Of a stretch of DNA of 64,000 nucleotides, positions 14,783 through 29,166 are shown piece by piece (the stretch's first letter is position 1; every line of letters starts with the position of its first letter). The DNA is from Camelus ferus. Lineage: Eukaryota. The notes beneath the pieces were generated by a model that saw only the letters and a program-made list of their open reading frames with translations, did no database searches and was not told the origin of the DNA. The position numbers and the translations under genes were made by a program. The stretch is from contig NC_045696.1 of the NCBI RefSeq assembly GCF_009834535.1, positions 17,424,001 through 17,488,000 on the forward strand, in the 5' to 3' direction.

Positions 14783-15979
14783 AGATTCCAGTGTCCACAG
14801 TAGAGTGAAGACCACACCAGATCCAGGTCCAGTAGAGAACTGTATTTTCTTGACAAATCCATGAAGTTAGTTCCATCTGTAAAACGGAGATTTAGATATC
14901 CTGCTCACCAGCTCAAGGAATCATCTTATGAGTTAGCCATCTATTTAAGGTGGTGGGTAGAAAAGGAATTATCCATTAAAATTCAAGCCCTACTCCTATG
15001 TCCTAAGTGTGTAACACTTAAAGTAACAAATTATTGTTACCTGTGAGGTTTATCAACTCTGAGCTGAGAAGTTAACATACTTCTCTATAAGCAAAATACA
15101 AAATACAGAAGTATAAATTTTTATAGCTAAACAATTATTTATTATAAAAACAGTGATGATTATGAAGTTGATGATATGATGTAAATAACTAATTTGGAGG
15201 CTAAGATGAGATAGGAAAACTGTAAAATAAATAAAACGGAAGATAGAAGGCTTTTTCTCTGCATTTAGTATACTTATATTACTTCTATTTTCAAGGAGTG
15301 GGATAAAGATGTGCATATTTTAGAGATGTGCATATTTTTGATCTTGTTAAGTAAAAAATCAAAAGTAGTTTTAAAAGTTATATTCACAGGAAAATTAAAG
15401 TTAGTGTAATTTCCAAACTAGCAGAAAATGAAAAGAATAAATAATAAAAACTTAATAAATTATGCAAAAGTAATTAAAGATGAAAATAAACAAAGAAAAA
15501 AGTATGATAAGAAAACATGAAATAAGACCATAACAAGAAAAGGAAAAAATCTTCACATATATGTAAATATGAAGTTAAATGGATAAAGAGCAAAATTTAT
15601 GTAAGTTTATGTGAGCCTTAAAATCCACATAGAAGCACTCGGTCTTTTGTTTATGATTATGTGTGTTTATGTGTATATAAAAATAATACATAGTATATAA
15701 TATGTATTATATATATTCTGTATTAACACATATGTATTATAAACAAACAAATATTAGAAGCAAAATACACATTAAATTCTAAGGTAGAAGAGAATAAAAG
15801 AAAAAGATTGTGGAGGAGTTAAGGAAAGCATTAATTTTATCTGTTGTTTGTAAGATTATTTTAAAAATTTATAGCAATAAAAAATAAAATTGAAAGGGCT
15901 GGATTAAAGAATTTCTAATTCTCACAATGATCTGATCCTTTTTCAAAGGATCAGTGTCTAAACTCTGATTTTACTGAAG

Positions 15980-16190
15980 ACTGATTAACACTTATGCATT
16001 GTGTGCAGTCACTGGTCTATATAGTTTTATATGTATTAATTGATTTAATCCTCAAAAGTGCTAGAAGAGAAAGTTACTATTATTAAAGTCATTATAGGCT
16101 CATGAGTTTAAATAATTTAACTAAGGTGACATAGCAAATAAGTGACAAAACTCTAATTCTGTCAATCGAGCACCAGAGCCAATGTCCTCA
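15980..16190 (-). mobile_element. MIR SINE
   Basis: atttaatcctcaaaa...actattatt...aataatttaactaaggtgacatagcaaataagtgaca. Confidence 0.6.
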
Positions 16191-17729
16191 TCTATGGTTC
16201 TGTTGTGTATTTTAAATTTTTTAAAACTATATTCCAGTATATACAGAAATTAGTTTTCTCCTTAAAGTTATTGCATCTGGGTATAAAACTATTTCCAATT
16301 TTAAGAGCACATACATAAATATGTGTCTATTTTGTTACTTGAGAGGAAAACTAGAATTCAATATAGTGGTTAAAGAGAATGAGAAAAGAAAAAACATATA
16401 AAATAAGAGTTTGTTAATAATAAAAGAGCTTCCATACAAAAAGGGCTTACAATTCCCATAGAAAAATAGGTATTGAGAAAATGAGCCAACTGTTTAAACC
16501 AAGAGTATTGTGGCTAAAATGCACATTTTAAAAATAGTACACCAAGTAATAATTACAATAGTTTCCTAAATCTTTACACCCTAAGAACTGAAGCTAGCAG
16601 ATCTTTAACATATTTTTAAAAAACAGAAAACTTAAGAAAATAATGAAGCATGTTATCTGTATTTCAAGTTAAATTTTTATTCTTTATTATTTTTATTTTA
16701 TTTTAAGTCTGTTCTCATATATAATTCTTCTAAGTCATTTTATACAATATTAATGTCTTTTTTGATAGTATTGATTATATCTTCCTACTTTTCTAAATTT
16801 TAAAACTAAACGTGTTTGATAAGTGAAGTTGTTATTAAATCTGCAATTCAGGATTTCAGACAGAAGTAAAATTTGTAACAAATTTTCACTTTTGAAATAT
16901 ATAATAGATACCTAATAGAACTAACAGTTGAATTTCACTCTAGTTTTTGAACCACTGCATTGTATTATTTGAGTCTTTATCATTTTTCAAACAGATTTTT
17001 GCTGCTTGGGTAACACTTCAGCAGTATTAATGAATACTTTTTTTTACAACATAACTTGGAAATTCAGTTCTACCCATTAGAATAGATGGGCTTTTTAGCA
17101 TCATTTTGAGGAAAAACTGCATCAGCTTTTATCAAGCAGGTGTAAATTGAGATTATATGGGACAGAGCCCATATAAACTCATATGCACAATGTTTATATA
17201 CTCAGGCAAGCTGTTGTAAAAGAACTTTGAGAGGAAAAAAGTTAGATATAAAGGAAGAGGAAGTGAGAAAAACTCAAAGCCATACGTGGTAAATCTGAAT
17301 AGAACCAAGATGTGTAGAAATAAATATTGAAGGATTCTACTTGCAACCACTGTCCAAAAAACTTGAACATAAATACAATAGTTATGAGTCAAACATGAGT
17401 AGGTATGCCTGAACTTTCTTGATAATATGTATCTTTGTAATATTCAGTGTTGCCCTTTCTCTCAGTTATTTATATGGTTACAGAGAACATCAGACCCTCA
17501 CTATGAGAAAGTTTTCTCTTTAAAAAGGTAAAGCTATGGAAAATATCTTAAATCTACATTAGAAGACTGAAATAAGTCTGCTTATAGTTCAAGTTTTATA
17601 GGAAAATAACATCTTTGGTTTTTTTTCTTTTTAAAACATTGTCTTATACCAAAACAAAGACAAATAATATTTGTTAAATGTTTTCAGTTATCATTAACTC
17701 ACTGTAAGTAATCTATTAAGAATAAAAAG

Positions 17730-20700
17730 AAAGATTTTTCAGCAGAAACTCTGCAGGCAATAAGGGAGTGGCACAATATATTTAAAGTGATAAAAGGGAA
17801 AAACCTACAACCAGGAACACTCTACTCATCAAGGCTCTTGTTAAAATTTGATGGAGAAATCAAAAGCTTCACAGATAAGCAGAAGCTAAAAGAATTCATC
17901 ACCACCAAACTAGCTTTACAACAACCGTTAAAGGAACTTCTCTAGGTAGCAAAGAAAAGGCCACAACTAGAAATAAGGAAATTACAAAATGGGAAAACTC
18001 ATCAGTAAAGGCAAACATATAGTAAAGGTAGAAAATCACCTACACACAAACTAATAGGGAAGTTGAAAGACAAAGGTAGTAAAATCACCTGTGTCTACAA
18101 TAAGCAGTTAAAGGATACACAAAACAATTAGATGTAAAATATGATATCAAAACCAGCAATCATGAGAGGAGGAGGGTACGAATGCACAGTATCTAAAATG
18201 AACTTGAAATTAAGAGATCAGCAACTTGAAACAGTCATGTATGTATATAGACTTCTATACCAAAACCTCATGGTAACCTCAAACCAAAAATATATAATAA
18301 ATATATACACTAAAACAGAAGAGGAATCCAAAGGTAACTCTATAGTCATCAAACCACAAGAGAACAAAAAGAAGAAAGAGAGAGGAAAAAACAGAGGCCC
18401 ACAAAAATAAATCCAGAACAATTAACAAGATGGCAATAAGAACATATGTAGTAATAATTACCTTAAATGTAAAATAAAGACTGTTACAAGAGACAAAGAA
18501 GGACGCTACATAATGCTCAAAGGATCAATCCAAGAATAAGAGGTAACAATTGTAAATATGTATGCACCCAACATAGGAGCACCTTATATATAAGGCAACT
18601 GTTAACAGACATAAAAGGAGAAATTGGCAGTAACACAGTAATAGTGCAGGACCTTAACACCCCACTTACATCAAAGGACAGATCAATTAGACAGAAAATC
18701 AATAAGGAAATACAGGCCTTAAATGACATATTAGACCAGATGAATTTAATTGATACTTACACAGCATTCCATCCAAAAGCAGCAAAATGCACATCCTTCT
18801 TAAGTACACATGGAAAATTCTTCAGAATAGACTACATGCTGGCCCACTAAGTAAGCCTCAATAAATTTAAGAAAATTGTATTCATATCATGTGGTTGGAA
18901 AATCCTATCTTTTCCAACCACAGTCCAGTGAGATTTGAAATCAACTACAAGGAAAACACTGCAAAAACTGCACAAACATGCAGAGGCTATATAATATGCA
19001 AATGGATCACTGAAGAAATCAAAGAGGAATCAAAAAATACTTAGAGACAAATGAAAATGAAAACACGGTGATCCAAAACCTCTGGGACATAGCAAAGGCA
19101 GTTCTAAGCGGGAAGTTTATAATAATATAAGCTTACCTCAGGAAATAAGAAAAATCTCAAATAATCAACTTTACCTTACACCTAAAGCAACTGAGAAAGA
19201 AGAACAAACAAAATCCAAAATTAGTAGAAGGAAAGAAATTATAAATATTAGAGAAAAGATAAATGAAATAAAGACTAAAAAACAATAGAAAATATCAATG
19301 AGACTAAAAGCTGGTCCTTTGGAAAGATACAAAAAAAATTGATAAACTTTTAGTCAGACTCATAAAAAAAAAGAGAGGGCTCAAATTAAATAAAATTAGT
19401 AATGTAAAAGAGAAGTTAAAACTGACACCACAGGAATACAAGCGCTCTTAAGAGGCTACTATGAGCAACTGTACACCAACAAGGAGGACAACCTAGAAGA
19501 AACAGACAGATTCTTAGAAAAGTACAATTTGCCAAGGATGAACCAGGAAGAAATAGACAATATGAATAGACCAATTAGTAGTACTGAAATTGAGTCAGTA
19601 ATTTAAAAACTCTTAACAAACAAAAGTCCAGGGCTAGAAGACTTCACATGCAAATTCTACCAAACATTTAAAGCTGTTAACGCCTATCCTTCTGAAACTA
19701 TTCCAAAACATTACAGAGGAAGGAACACTTCCTAACTCACTCTATGAGGCCACCATTACCCTGATACAAAATAAGACAAAGATATTACAAAAGAGAAAAT
19801 CATAGGCCACTATCACTTACGAATATAGGTACAAAAATCCTTTACAAAATACTAGCAAATGGACATGCATTAAAAGGATCATACACTATAATGAAGTGGG
19901 ATTTATCGCAGGAGTGTGAGGATTTTTAATATCTGCAAATCAGTGGATGTGACATACCACATTAACAAACTGAAGAATAAAAACCATATGGTCATCTCAA
20001 TAGATGCAGAAAAAGCTTTTGATAAAATTAAACATCCATTTATGATAAAAATTCTCCAGAAGGTGGGCATAGAGGGAACATACTTCAACATAACGAAGGC
20101 CATATATGACAAACCCACAACTAACATCATACTTAATGGAGAAAAGCTGAAAGCATTTCCTCTAAGATCAGGAATAAGACAAGGATTCCCACTCTCACCA
20201 CTTTTATTCAATGTTGTTTTGGAAGTCCTAGCCAAAGAAATCAGAGAAGAAAAAGAAATAGAAGGAATCCAATTTGGAAAAGAAGTAAAACTGTCATTGT
20301 TTTCAGATGACCATGATACTATACATAGAAAATCCTAAAGACACCACCAGAAAACTACCAGAACTCATCAATGAATTTGATGAAGTTGCAGGATACAAAA
20401 TTAATGTATAGAAATCAGTTGTATTTCTATGCAGTAACAATGAAATATCAGAAAAATAAATTAAGGAAATAATCCCATTTACCATCACACCAAAAAGAGT
20501 AAAATACCTAGGGATAAATCTACCTAAGGAGGCAAAGGACCTGTACTCTGAAAACTATAAGACTAATGAAAGAAATTAAAAACAACACAAACAGATGGAA
20601 AGATATACTGTGTTATTGAATTGGAAGACTCAATATTGTTAAAATGGCCATGCTATCCAAGGCAATATACAGATGCGATCCTTATCAAGTTATCAGTAAC

Positions 20701-21001
20701 AGTTTTCACAAAACTGGAATGAAAAATGTTAATATTTTTATGTAAACACAAAATATCCTGAATAGCCAAAACAATCTTTAGAAAGAAGAATGGAGCTGGG
20801 GGAATCAAGCTCCCTGGCTTCAGACTGTACTACAAAGCTACAGTAATCAGAACAGGGTGGTACTGGCACAAAAGCAGACACATAGATCAAGGGAACAGGA
20901 TTGAAAGTCCAGAAATAAGCACACATACTTATGGTCAGTTAATCTGTGACAAAGGAGGCAAGATTATACAATGGAGAAAAGGCAGTCTCTTCAATAAGTG
21001 G
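17730..21001 (+). mobile_element. Disrupted L1: ORF1 C-terminus, spacer, ORF2 endonuclease and reverse transcriptase; lacks 5' and 3' ends
   Basis: ORF1 DFSAETLQA-like start; ORF2 ATG near 18430 (ITLNV) followed by an internal deletion near 18472; [34 protein letters not shown] motifs; many stops and frameshifts. Confidence 0.95.
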
Positions 21002-21190
21002 ATTTCTTTTATTTCTCTTCTTGTCTGATTGCTATAACTAGGGCTTCCAGTATTGTGTTAATAATGTGGTGAGAGTGGTCATCCTTGCTTTGTTCCAGGT
21101 TTTAGAGGGAATGCTTTCAAACTTTCACCACTGAGTATGATGTTAGCTGTGGGCTTGTCCTATATGACTTTTATTATATTGAGGTATTTT
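21002..21190 (-). mobile_element. Inverted L1 RT fragment from a different L1 copy
   Basis: Reverse complement aligns to about 20075-20265 with many substitutions (roughly 75-80% by eye). Confidence 0.85.
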
Positions 21191-22039
21191 AAAAAGTTAT
21201 TTCATGTTAAAATAAATATATATTGGCAAAAACTAAGATAGAGCATGCTGATAAAATACAGATCCACAATCCATTATGTACACTTCTAAAATACAGAAAG
21301 CATTTTCTCTATATTGGAAGCCAATACTTGGTCTAGTTAAATTAATTTATTAGAAAATCTAGTATAAAGTTGTGTGAGTTTATTTAACAAATTGCTCTAT
21401 CCTATCTCTATATTAGTGTTAATATCCATGTGTTTTACTGCAGGTATATAAATTAGATTTGATTACTTAGGCTGTTCTTTAAAATTCCAGAATCTGCCAG
21501 TAGTGCTACATATTATTACATATGTTACATATTGTTCTTTTAAAATGAAATTTGAAAAAACTGAATTCTAAAATTCATATAGTTAGAGTTTTAGATAAGA
21601 CTGTAAATAAGTTTAAAAAAAAGATTTTTAAAAAACATCTTTAGAACAAGAAAATATAAAGAGCTTGATTTTCTTTCTTTGTGGCTTTTGTATTTGAGCT
21701 CTTACATATTTTGTACCTAAGGGATCTTAAATCTTTGCCCTACATCTCCTGCCTTTCACAGTAGAAACCATAATAAAGGCCTCTGGTATTCTTCATTGTA
21801 CCCTTTAGAGCCTCAGTCACAACTTTAAGAACTGTGCTTTCTTTCAGAGCCCCTACCCCTAACCCCAGTGGACTGAAGCCATGTGAAAACCTGAGTTATT
21901 ACTGTAGTTGTGAAAGTGAGTGCTTTTCACAATCATTGCACAGCCAGAAAAGTGTGATCTTGCATTCTTAGTCAGAATTGTGAAAGCATTTTGCCAGATA
22001 ATGCCATCATCCTTGTCTGAGACTTGTTATAATTGTTTA

Positions 22040-23140
22040 TAGCAATAGCCACCAGCTCCTCCTTTTTACAACCTTGTCCCCTACCAATACAACACAATAT
22101 AATACAATACAAATCTGTTTTCATACAGCAGCAGATTGTTTTTTAAAATGTGAGTTGAAGCATATAATCTACTTGGCAATGGAAATAATCAATAAACAAT
22201 CTATGAAAGGGGTAGAAAAAAGTATTATTTGAGTTAGAAGGGGGAGATCTTGAGACCACGAAATTGCTGCTGTCAACTTCTAGCAGATACTGTTTTGAGA
22301 CCAACAGACGATATCTTTGAGTTTAATAGAGTTTGTAACATTTGAACGCTCAGTAATGTAGGAACATGTCTGAAACCACATCCACAATGGTCACCAAGCT
22401 CCATTTTGGATACTGGAAATTGATTTTGATTTTGATTCCATTATTTTCTTTAATAGTGAAAGCAAATGTACAATGCATGTTTGACAGGCCATAATATAGG
22501 TTGTTTTAATCAGCATAAAATTCAAACCAAATCATGTATAAACCAGAATGACATCTCCATACCTCAATATGGGAAAATTTCTTCCATTATACTCAACCAT
22601 CTTACAGTGGTGTTCCATATTTTTCAGAGTAAAATGTAAAGCCCTTACATCATACAAAGTGCCCTTTATGGACTGGTTCACAAATTACTCCTCAGAATTC
22701 ATCTCCTACTACTTGCATTGACCTTCATATTGGTGTTCGTCTCCCATAGCTCAGGGCTTTTGCACATATTGTCCCCTCTGCTTGGAATGTTCTTCCCCAA
22801 TATATCCACCTGGATATTACTATTAAACTTTCAATCCTTTCTCAAATGTCTTTTATGATAAAGTCTATCCTGACCACCTATTTCAAGTTGCAACAACCTC
22901 TCTGACTCCATCTGCTGCTCCTCACCATCTTCATATCAAGTTCTCCTTATCGTGATGTCTTTCTTTACTTGATAGCATTTAGAATATTTTAAATTACCAT
23001 ATAATGTATTTATTTACTATGCTTAATGGACATAAAGGCAGGAATTCTAGCCTGTTTTGTTCACTGTTATATGCCAAATTCTTAGAACAGATCTTACGTA
23101 GTAGGTATACAGATCTATTTCTTGTATGAGTAAATAAGTA
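22040..23140 (+). mobile_element. L2a 3' region, interrupted at about 22175-22597 by an LTR-like insert
   Basis: tcagggcttttgcacatattgtcccctctgcttggaatgttcttcccca, tgttttgttcactgttatatgcca...tgagtaaataa are L2a hallmarks; insert is non-L2. Confidence 0.7.
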
Positions 23141-25994
23141 ATTAATTACTTAGCATGATGATATAGGTGTTGGCAAAAATTATATCTTATGATCATTGAG
23201 ATATAAGATTATTAGAAAACAATGGATAATAAGAAGATCTGATTTTGTCCCTTGTTCTTTCATTTCTTGGCTGTCCTCACTAACCTTGGACAAGTCACTT
23301 AGCATAGGTCTCAATAGCACATAATATTAGTTAAAAATGATAATAATAAAAGAGGACCTTGGGTTAGATTATTTCCAGTTTCTTTGGGTTTCACATTATA
23401 TCACCCATGATAATGCTATGGTTTTCTCTTAACAAACAACTAGAAATATTCTAAATGTTAAAACAACCATTATGTAAGAAACACTTTGAATGTATAACAA
23501 ATGGTAGGAACTGAAAGAATTATAGTCTTAATTTTATTATTTTAAATATTCGGATGGTAAGTTTATGACTGAATTACAGAAAAGAATTCTTGGAGTAAAA
23601 AGAGAAGTGAATTCCACTACCATCTTTTCCATAGAGGAAATACAACAAGGGCAGCGAAAAAAACAAGAAATCCATTAATGGGTCACACTGTGCTAAGTGC
23701 AATGAGGAATGATTCTCTTGGGATTGTGGAAAGGACACATTTGGAAGTAGGCCATGCAAGTGAAATTAATTCTTACTCTTGTTAGTTTGACAAATGAATC
23801 TACAGTTGGCAATGAATATTGACTTTCAGAGCATAATGGATGACCTAAACATTCACAAGAATTTTCTGAAAAGAATAAGATATTAATCCAATAATAAGGC
23901 TGTCAACAGTTAGTAGATTTGTAGTATTTATGAAAATGCTGCCTTCTCTGTCTGCATGGTAATTTGAAGAGGGTACAGTTTTACATTAATTTATATTTTC
24001 ACTAAAAAGTTTTTAAAAATCCATGCCATCAATTCAGAAAGCCCTTGAAAACTGAAAGAAAGATTATATTAGTCATATTGGCTGGCTTTCCACATTAATT
24101 AAGCATTAGTGACTTTGATTTAATGTCAAAATTCAAGTACAGCTAAAGAAAATCAACATGCTAAATAAATGTGTATAAAGGAGAATGTAAGATTCACTGA
24201 AAAGGATTTGTGTAAGTGACATGTAGTATAAAGTTTTTCAAAAAGACTTTTTTTAACTCAGTTTTCTCATCCGTATATTAAGTGGTTGTCAGTACCTATC
24301 TACCAATGTTTTTCCTTTGTATCAGGATAAAGCAGGAGAAAGCTTTATCCACAGCACACCCTTATGTTAGGAGTGTCCTGGGTGTTTAAATCAAAAGCAT
24401 AGAAAGGAGGGAACCTGGACAATGAGAAATCATAGAGCAGTTCTAGGTGAAGAGACAGAATTAAAGGCAAGGTGATCATACATGGATGTGGGGACATTGG
24501 AGCCAGAGTAAGAGTTGAGCAAGCATCCCTGTTACATGTGTTTCAGGTGGGACTTGGTAAATGTGCACGGCCTGGCACACAGCTATGCTGGACGTGTAGT
24601 TGGGGTAAGAGGACATGAGTCACACACACACATATAATACCACAGTAGGCAAATTCACAATATCGCATTTGTAAAACAGATATGTTACAACTCATTTTAA
24701 ATAAAATATAATCTTAGTAAATTCAGCATTCTAATAGCATTTTATGAAATACAAATGTACCATATTTATAAAAGACAATGTTTTTAAAAATGGCTTTTCT
24801 ATCTAAAAATGTCCATCACTAAGTTAATGAGATTCTCAGTAGATTTATTCATTCAGTAATACAACAGATATCTATTCAGGGTTCACAACGTGTAGCTTAG
24901 CATTCCTTTACCATGAAGAAATACTGATGAATGAGGGAAATAAGTAGAGAGCTTTCATGGAGCATGCATTTTAGTAGGGAAGACTAAGGGCTTATATTGT
25001 GCAAGGACTAGTAAAAGTTGAGCTCTTAGCATGAAAATAATTTGGTTAATATTCATAGACTTGTAAATCTTTGAGAAACTTAGATTTTCTAAATCACTAC
25101 CAATGCATCTTATGTTACAATTACCTATTATTACCTATAAATAAACTTGACTGAGTTATTGATTTATATATGTATGTGTGTGTGTATGTGTGTGTATATA
25201 TATATATTGAAACATATATATTAATAAAACATATTAAACTCAATTTGAGTTTTAACCCTTCACAGAGGTTCATACAAATAAAGATAAAGACTTGGCTAAA
25301 ACACATACTATTCCACTAACATTTATACAATTGTTTGAGTGCTCTTTGAGCAATGCTTGAGAATTAGCTGAGTTGGTACAAAACCAAGGCTGGGGAAATC
25401 TCAACAAGGTCTTGATTTTTAGACAAATCTTCTTGAGAAACTTTATAATAGGTCAACATTTGGTTTTTAAGTTATTCAGGATATTCTATTTGAATATTCA
25501 CCTAGGACAGTAAGTTTTCATTTTAAAATGGCTTGCATATATTTTAAAATTGAAGATATTACTCAGATATTTCTTATTATTTAAGAGTACTCATCAAACA
25601 TTAGAGAAGGGCAGGGTCAGAAAATCTTTTTAATGCATATACAGGAACTAGTCAGTGTGGCTTCTAATAAAATATATTCATCTCTTGAGAATATAGGTCC
25701 ATATATTTTTAACTTGAATGATAGATGATCAAACAACAGTATTCACTCATTAGAACACCTTATTTAATATTTGCATGAAGGAACTGTTAATAGTCATGAC
25801 AAAAGATGAAGCATATGCAGTTCATATGCAGTCTATCATGACAAATAAAATATGTTTAGAAGATTGTTGTTCATGATTTCCTTTTTTCTGAAGCTTTCCT
25901 ATTTCTTTTCTCTGAAGGAAAAGTTGTAGCTGTTATTTTCCATAACAAGTTGTCATGCATCCATGTTTGAACCATCAAAATATAATCAAAGAAT

Positions 25995-26560
25995 GTGACT
26001 ATCTTTCAGCTATAAATCTATGCATCTTTATTCTGGGCTGTTGGGATGGAACTTGGATCCTGCATATTACACTTCTCCATTAACAGGGGATCCCTAGAAG
26101 GTACCGCATAGGGAACACTAGAGGGGAATTAAAAAGTAGGAGGCAGAAAAATGTACTTCTTTCTGCATGTAAAAACCTTCTATTAGCTTTGTCCTAGCAA
26201 TGCCTTTCATTTTAGCAACAACAAAGAAGCAGTTGGTATCATTATCCAAATTTTTGGTGTTTACAAGATTAGCTTAATCCCATCTAATCAAAAATACCAG
26301 TGACAACCAGGCAGAACTCCCTCCCGAGAAATCTGAGTCCAAAATCCATGGCCTCTTACATAATTTTAGATTTTGATAACCCCAAACTCCTCCTCTTGTT
26401 AATCCAGTCCTAGTGATGGAAGAAGCTTTGTTCATTTAATGTGTTTCCAACACTTCAATTTTCTCTTTTTGTTTGCAGCCAGGCAAAATCCTTATAACCA
26501 ATTCCCTCTGTTGAAGTAACTTGTGTGGTTTCTGTTTTCTTGGTAGCACTAGGAATGACA
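25995..26560 (+). mobile_element. Old ERVL LTR (LTR33-like)
   Basis: cactagagggga 5' motif and 3' end attccctctgttgaagtaacttgtgtggtttctgttttct. Confidence 0.55.
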
Positions 26561-26639
26561 AAAAAATATATTTTTATTAGTAGGCTAACTATAACCCTGA
26601 ATATAATGCAGTAGGAAGCCAAAAAAAAAAAAAAAAAAC

Positions 26640-28910
26640 CAAACAAAACAAAAAACCTCTGAAAGAAGGAAAGAAAAAGGTGAACATGTTAGGAACCTCG
26701 GGATGGGGGTAAAATGTGGTGTCAGGGCATTCTACCCTCTCAACAGAAGATCAAGCTTGAGGTTTCCTGAAATCTAACATAGTAGCAGAAGTGGCCCGGG
26801 CAGGACTACTTCTATCACAGATTGAATGATATTCTACTGCAGTGAGTTAGCCAGCCAAGAAGGTGCTCTTCAACCCCACAGGATAGAAAAATCTCTTTTA
26901 CCACCTAGAGACACCTGAGAACACTCTTTCTGTTCCCTCATGTATCACCAGTACAGTTTAATGGGAGTCCCAGTAGTAGTAGATAAACCAAATAGAACAA
27001 AACAAAATTCTGAAAATTAAATTGTCATGTGAACCGTAGCCAAAAATATTAGGCAAAAGCCTGTGTGTTAAGCCTAGGCAGAATGACTGCCTGGTAAAAG
27101 AAAATATTTAATAGGATTCAGAGTATCCTCATATAATATACAAAATTTTGAATGTGTAATTGGAAATCATAGACCATACCAAGAATAAGAAAAATTACAA
27201 TTAGATTGAGAAAGGAAAATCAATTGATATAAATTATGAAACAAATCAGACACCGGAATTAACTGACAGGATTTTAAAACAGCTGTTATTAAAGTTCTTA
27301 AATAAGAAATTATCTTGAAACAAATGAAAATAGAAAATACGAGCAAAGAAGTAGAAGTTATAAGAAATAAGCAAACAAAAATTATGGAAGAGACAAAAAT
27401 AACAGGAAAAATAATGTGCTATATGGGCATAGTCATACATAAGATTTGAAAAAGATATAATCAATGAACTTGAAGACTGATCGATAGAGTTTGCCCAATC
27501 TGAGTAACAGACAGAAAACATGCACAGGAAAAAAAAAAAAATGGACAGAACCTCATAAACCTGCAGGACAATAGCAAAAGATTCAGTATCTGTGTCACTG
27601 GAGTCCCAAAAGAAAAGGAGAAAAAAAGTGGGATTAAAAAAAATATTAAAAAAATATTGGCTGAACACTTCCCAAATTTAACAAAGACATAAACCTACAG
27701 ATTAAAGAAGCTGAGTATTAAACTCTTAAAAACTAAAGATAAAATAAAAATAAAACTTGGAAGCAACCAAAGAGAAACAAATGTATTACCTAAGGGTACC
27801 ACCAATTTGAATGACAATGTATGTTTTTTTTTTTTTTTGAAATCATGGAGGCAAGAGAAAAATGGCATAATATTTTACAAATGCTGAAAAAAGGGTACTA
27901 TCAAAAACAAATTCCATATCCAGCAAAAAGTATCCTTCATGAATAAGGAAAAAAATGAAGACAAAAAATAATTATCACTAACAGAGCTACTCTTCAAGAT
28001 TCACTAAAGGAAATTCATCAAACAAAAAAGCAAGTGATAAATCTTAGAATATCAGGAAGGAAGAACGAACAGAAATATGGACATATTCAATAGACTAGTC
28101 TACTCATAACTTTTAAAAATCATGTTTGAAAACTGAAACAAATTATAATATCATTTTATATTCAACATAACAATATTTAAAAATAGGGAATGTGAAGGGG
28201 CCTAAGGGAAGTGCTAAAGTTTTGATACCAATAGACTGTAATAAGTCACATATGTATATAATAATGCCCAAAGCAGTGTCTACAAAATTTTTACAAAGAG
28301 ATACACTCAAAAACACTATAAATAAATCATGATTGAATCCTAGAGAAATGTTTAAGTAAATGAGAGAGAGGCAACAAAAGTCACAAGAAATATAATACAT
28401 AAACAGAAAACGAATAATAAAGGACAGAGTTAAGCTCTGACGTAACAATTACGTTAAATGTAAATGGTCTAAGGACAACAATTAAAAGGCTGTGATTGGC
28501 AGTGTAGATTAATACACACACACAAACCTACTATACCATGTTATAAGAAATCCCAAATTCATTGACATAGCTGGTTTGAAAGTAAAATAAATAAATAATA
28601 AAACAAGATATATCATGCAAACATTAGTGAAAAATTAAGAGTAACTGTTTTTAATATCAGAGAAAGAACTCAGGACACAAAATAAAAAGGAACATGACTT
28701 ACTGATAAAAATGAACAATCAACAAGGATCCTAATGTGTAACAATTCTAATGTAGTCACTATAAAACAGAGCTCTAAAATACATGAAGCAAAAGCTAATG
28801 GAGACATAAGGAGTAGACAAACTCAAAAATTATAGTTGGGAACTTCAACACTCCATTCTCAGCAACTGGCAGAAGAACTAGACAGAAAATTAGCAAGTAT
28901 ATGAATGCTT
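26640..28910 (+). mobile_element. Ancient L1M 5' portion (5'UTR, ORF1, start of ORF2 endonuclease)
   Basis: ORF1-like atcaatgaacttgaagac, ggagtcccaaaagaa, cttcccaaattta; ORF2 start attacgttaaatgtaaatggtcta (ITLNVNGL); atagttgggaacttcaacactcca (IVGNFNTP). Confidence 0.8.
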
Positions 28911-29080
28911 TATATGTGGGGGCATCATATGAGAAATAGAAAGCAATATCTCAATAACAACTAGAAATAGACATCAGAGAATATGTAGGATCATTTTAAG
29001 ATAACTATAGAACATTGTTTGCCAAGGGAATGTAAAATGAATACTGCAAGGGCTTAATCAGAGTAGACTTCTTAGAAAAC

Positions 29081-29166
29081 TTAAGAAATCTTTTTTGTTT
29101 TTCCAAATATGCATCCATGCTTGTTAAGAAATCTTTTTTGTTTTTCCAAATATGCATCCGTGCTTG
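29081..29166. repeat. 43-bp tandem duplication (2 copies, 1 mismatch)
   Basis: ttaagaaatcttttttgtttttccaaatatgcatcc[a/g]tgcttg at 29081-29123 and 29124-29166. Confidence 0.95.

Noticed and set aside
15932..15954. 10-bp-stem hairpin ctgatccttt-ttc-aaaggatcag (similar one at 4790-4810)
   Set aside because: Too short for a miRNA precursor or MITE; plausible by chance or template switching.
18141..20926. ORFs up to 140 aa with endonuclease/RT motifs
   Set aside because: Fragments of a disrupted L1 ORF2, not host genes or an active element.
27246..28448. Hydrophobic 140-aa and 101-aa minus-strand ORFs
   Set aside because: Antisense of A-rich ancient L1 sequence, which naturally gives Phe/Leu/Ile-rich frames.
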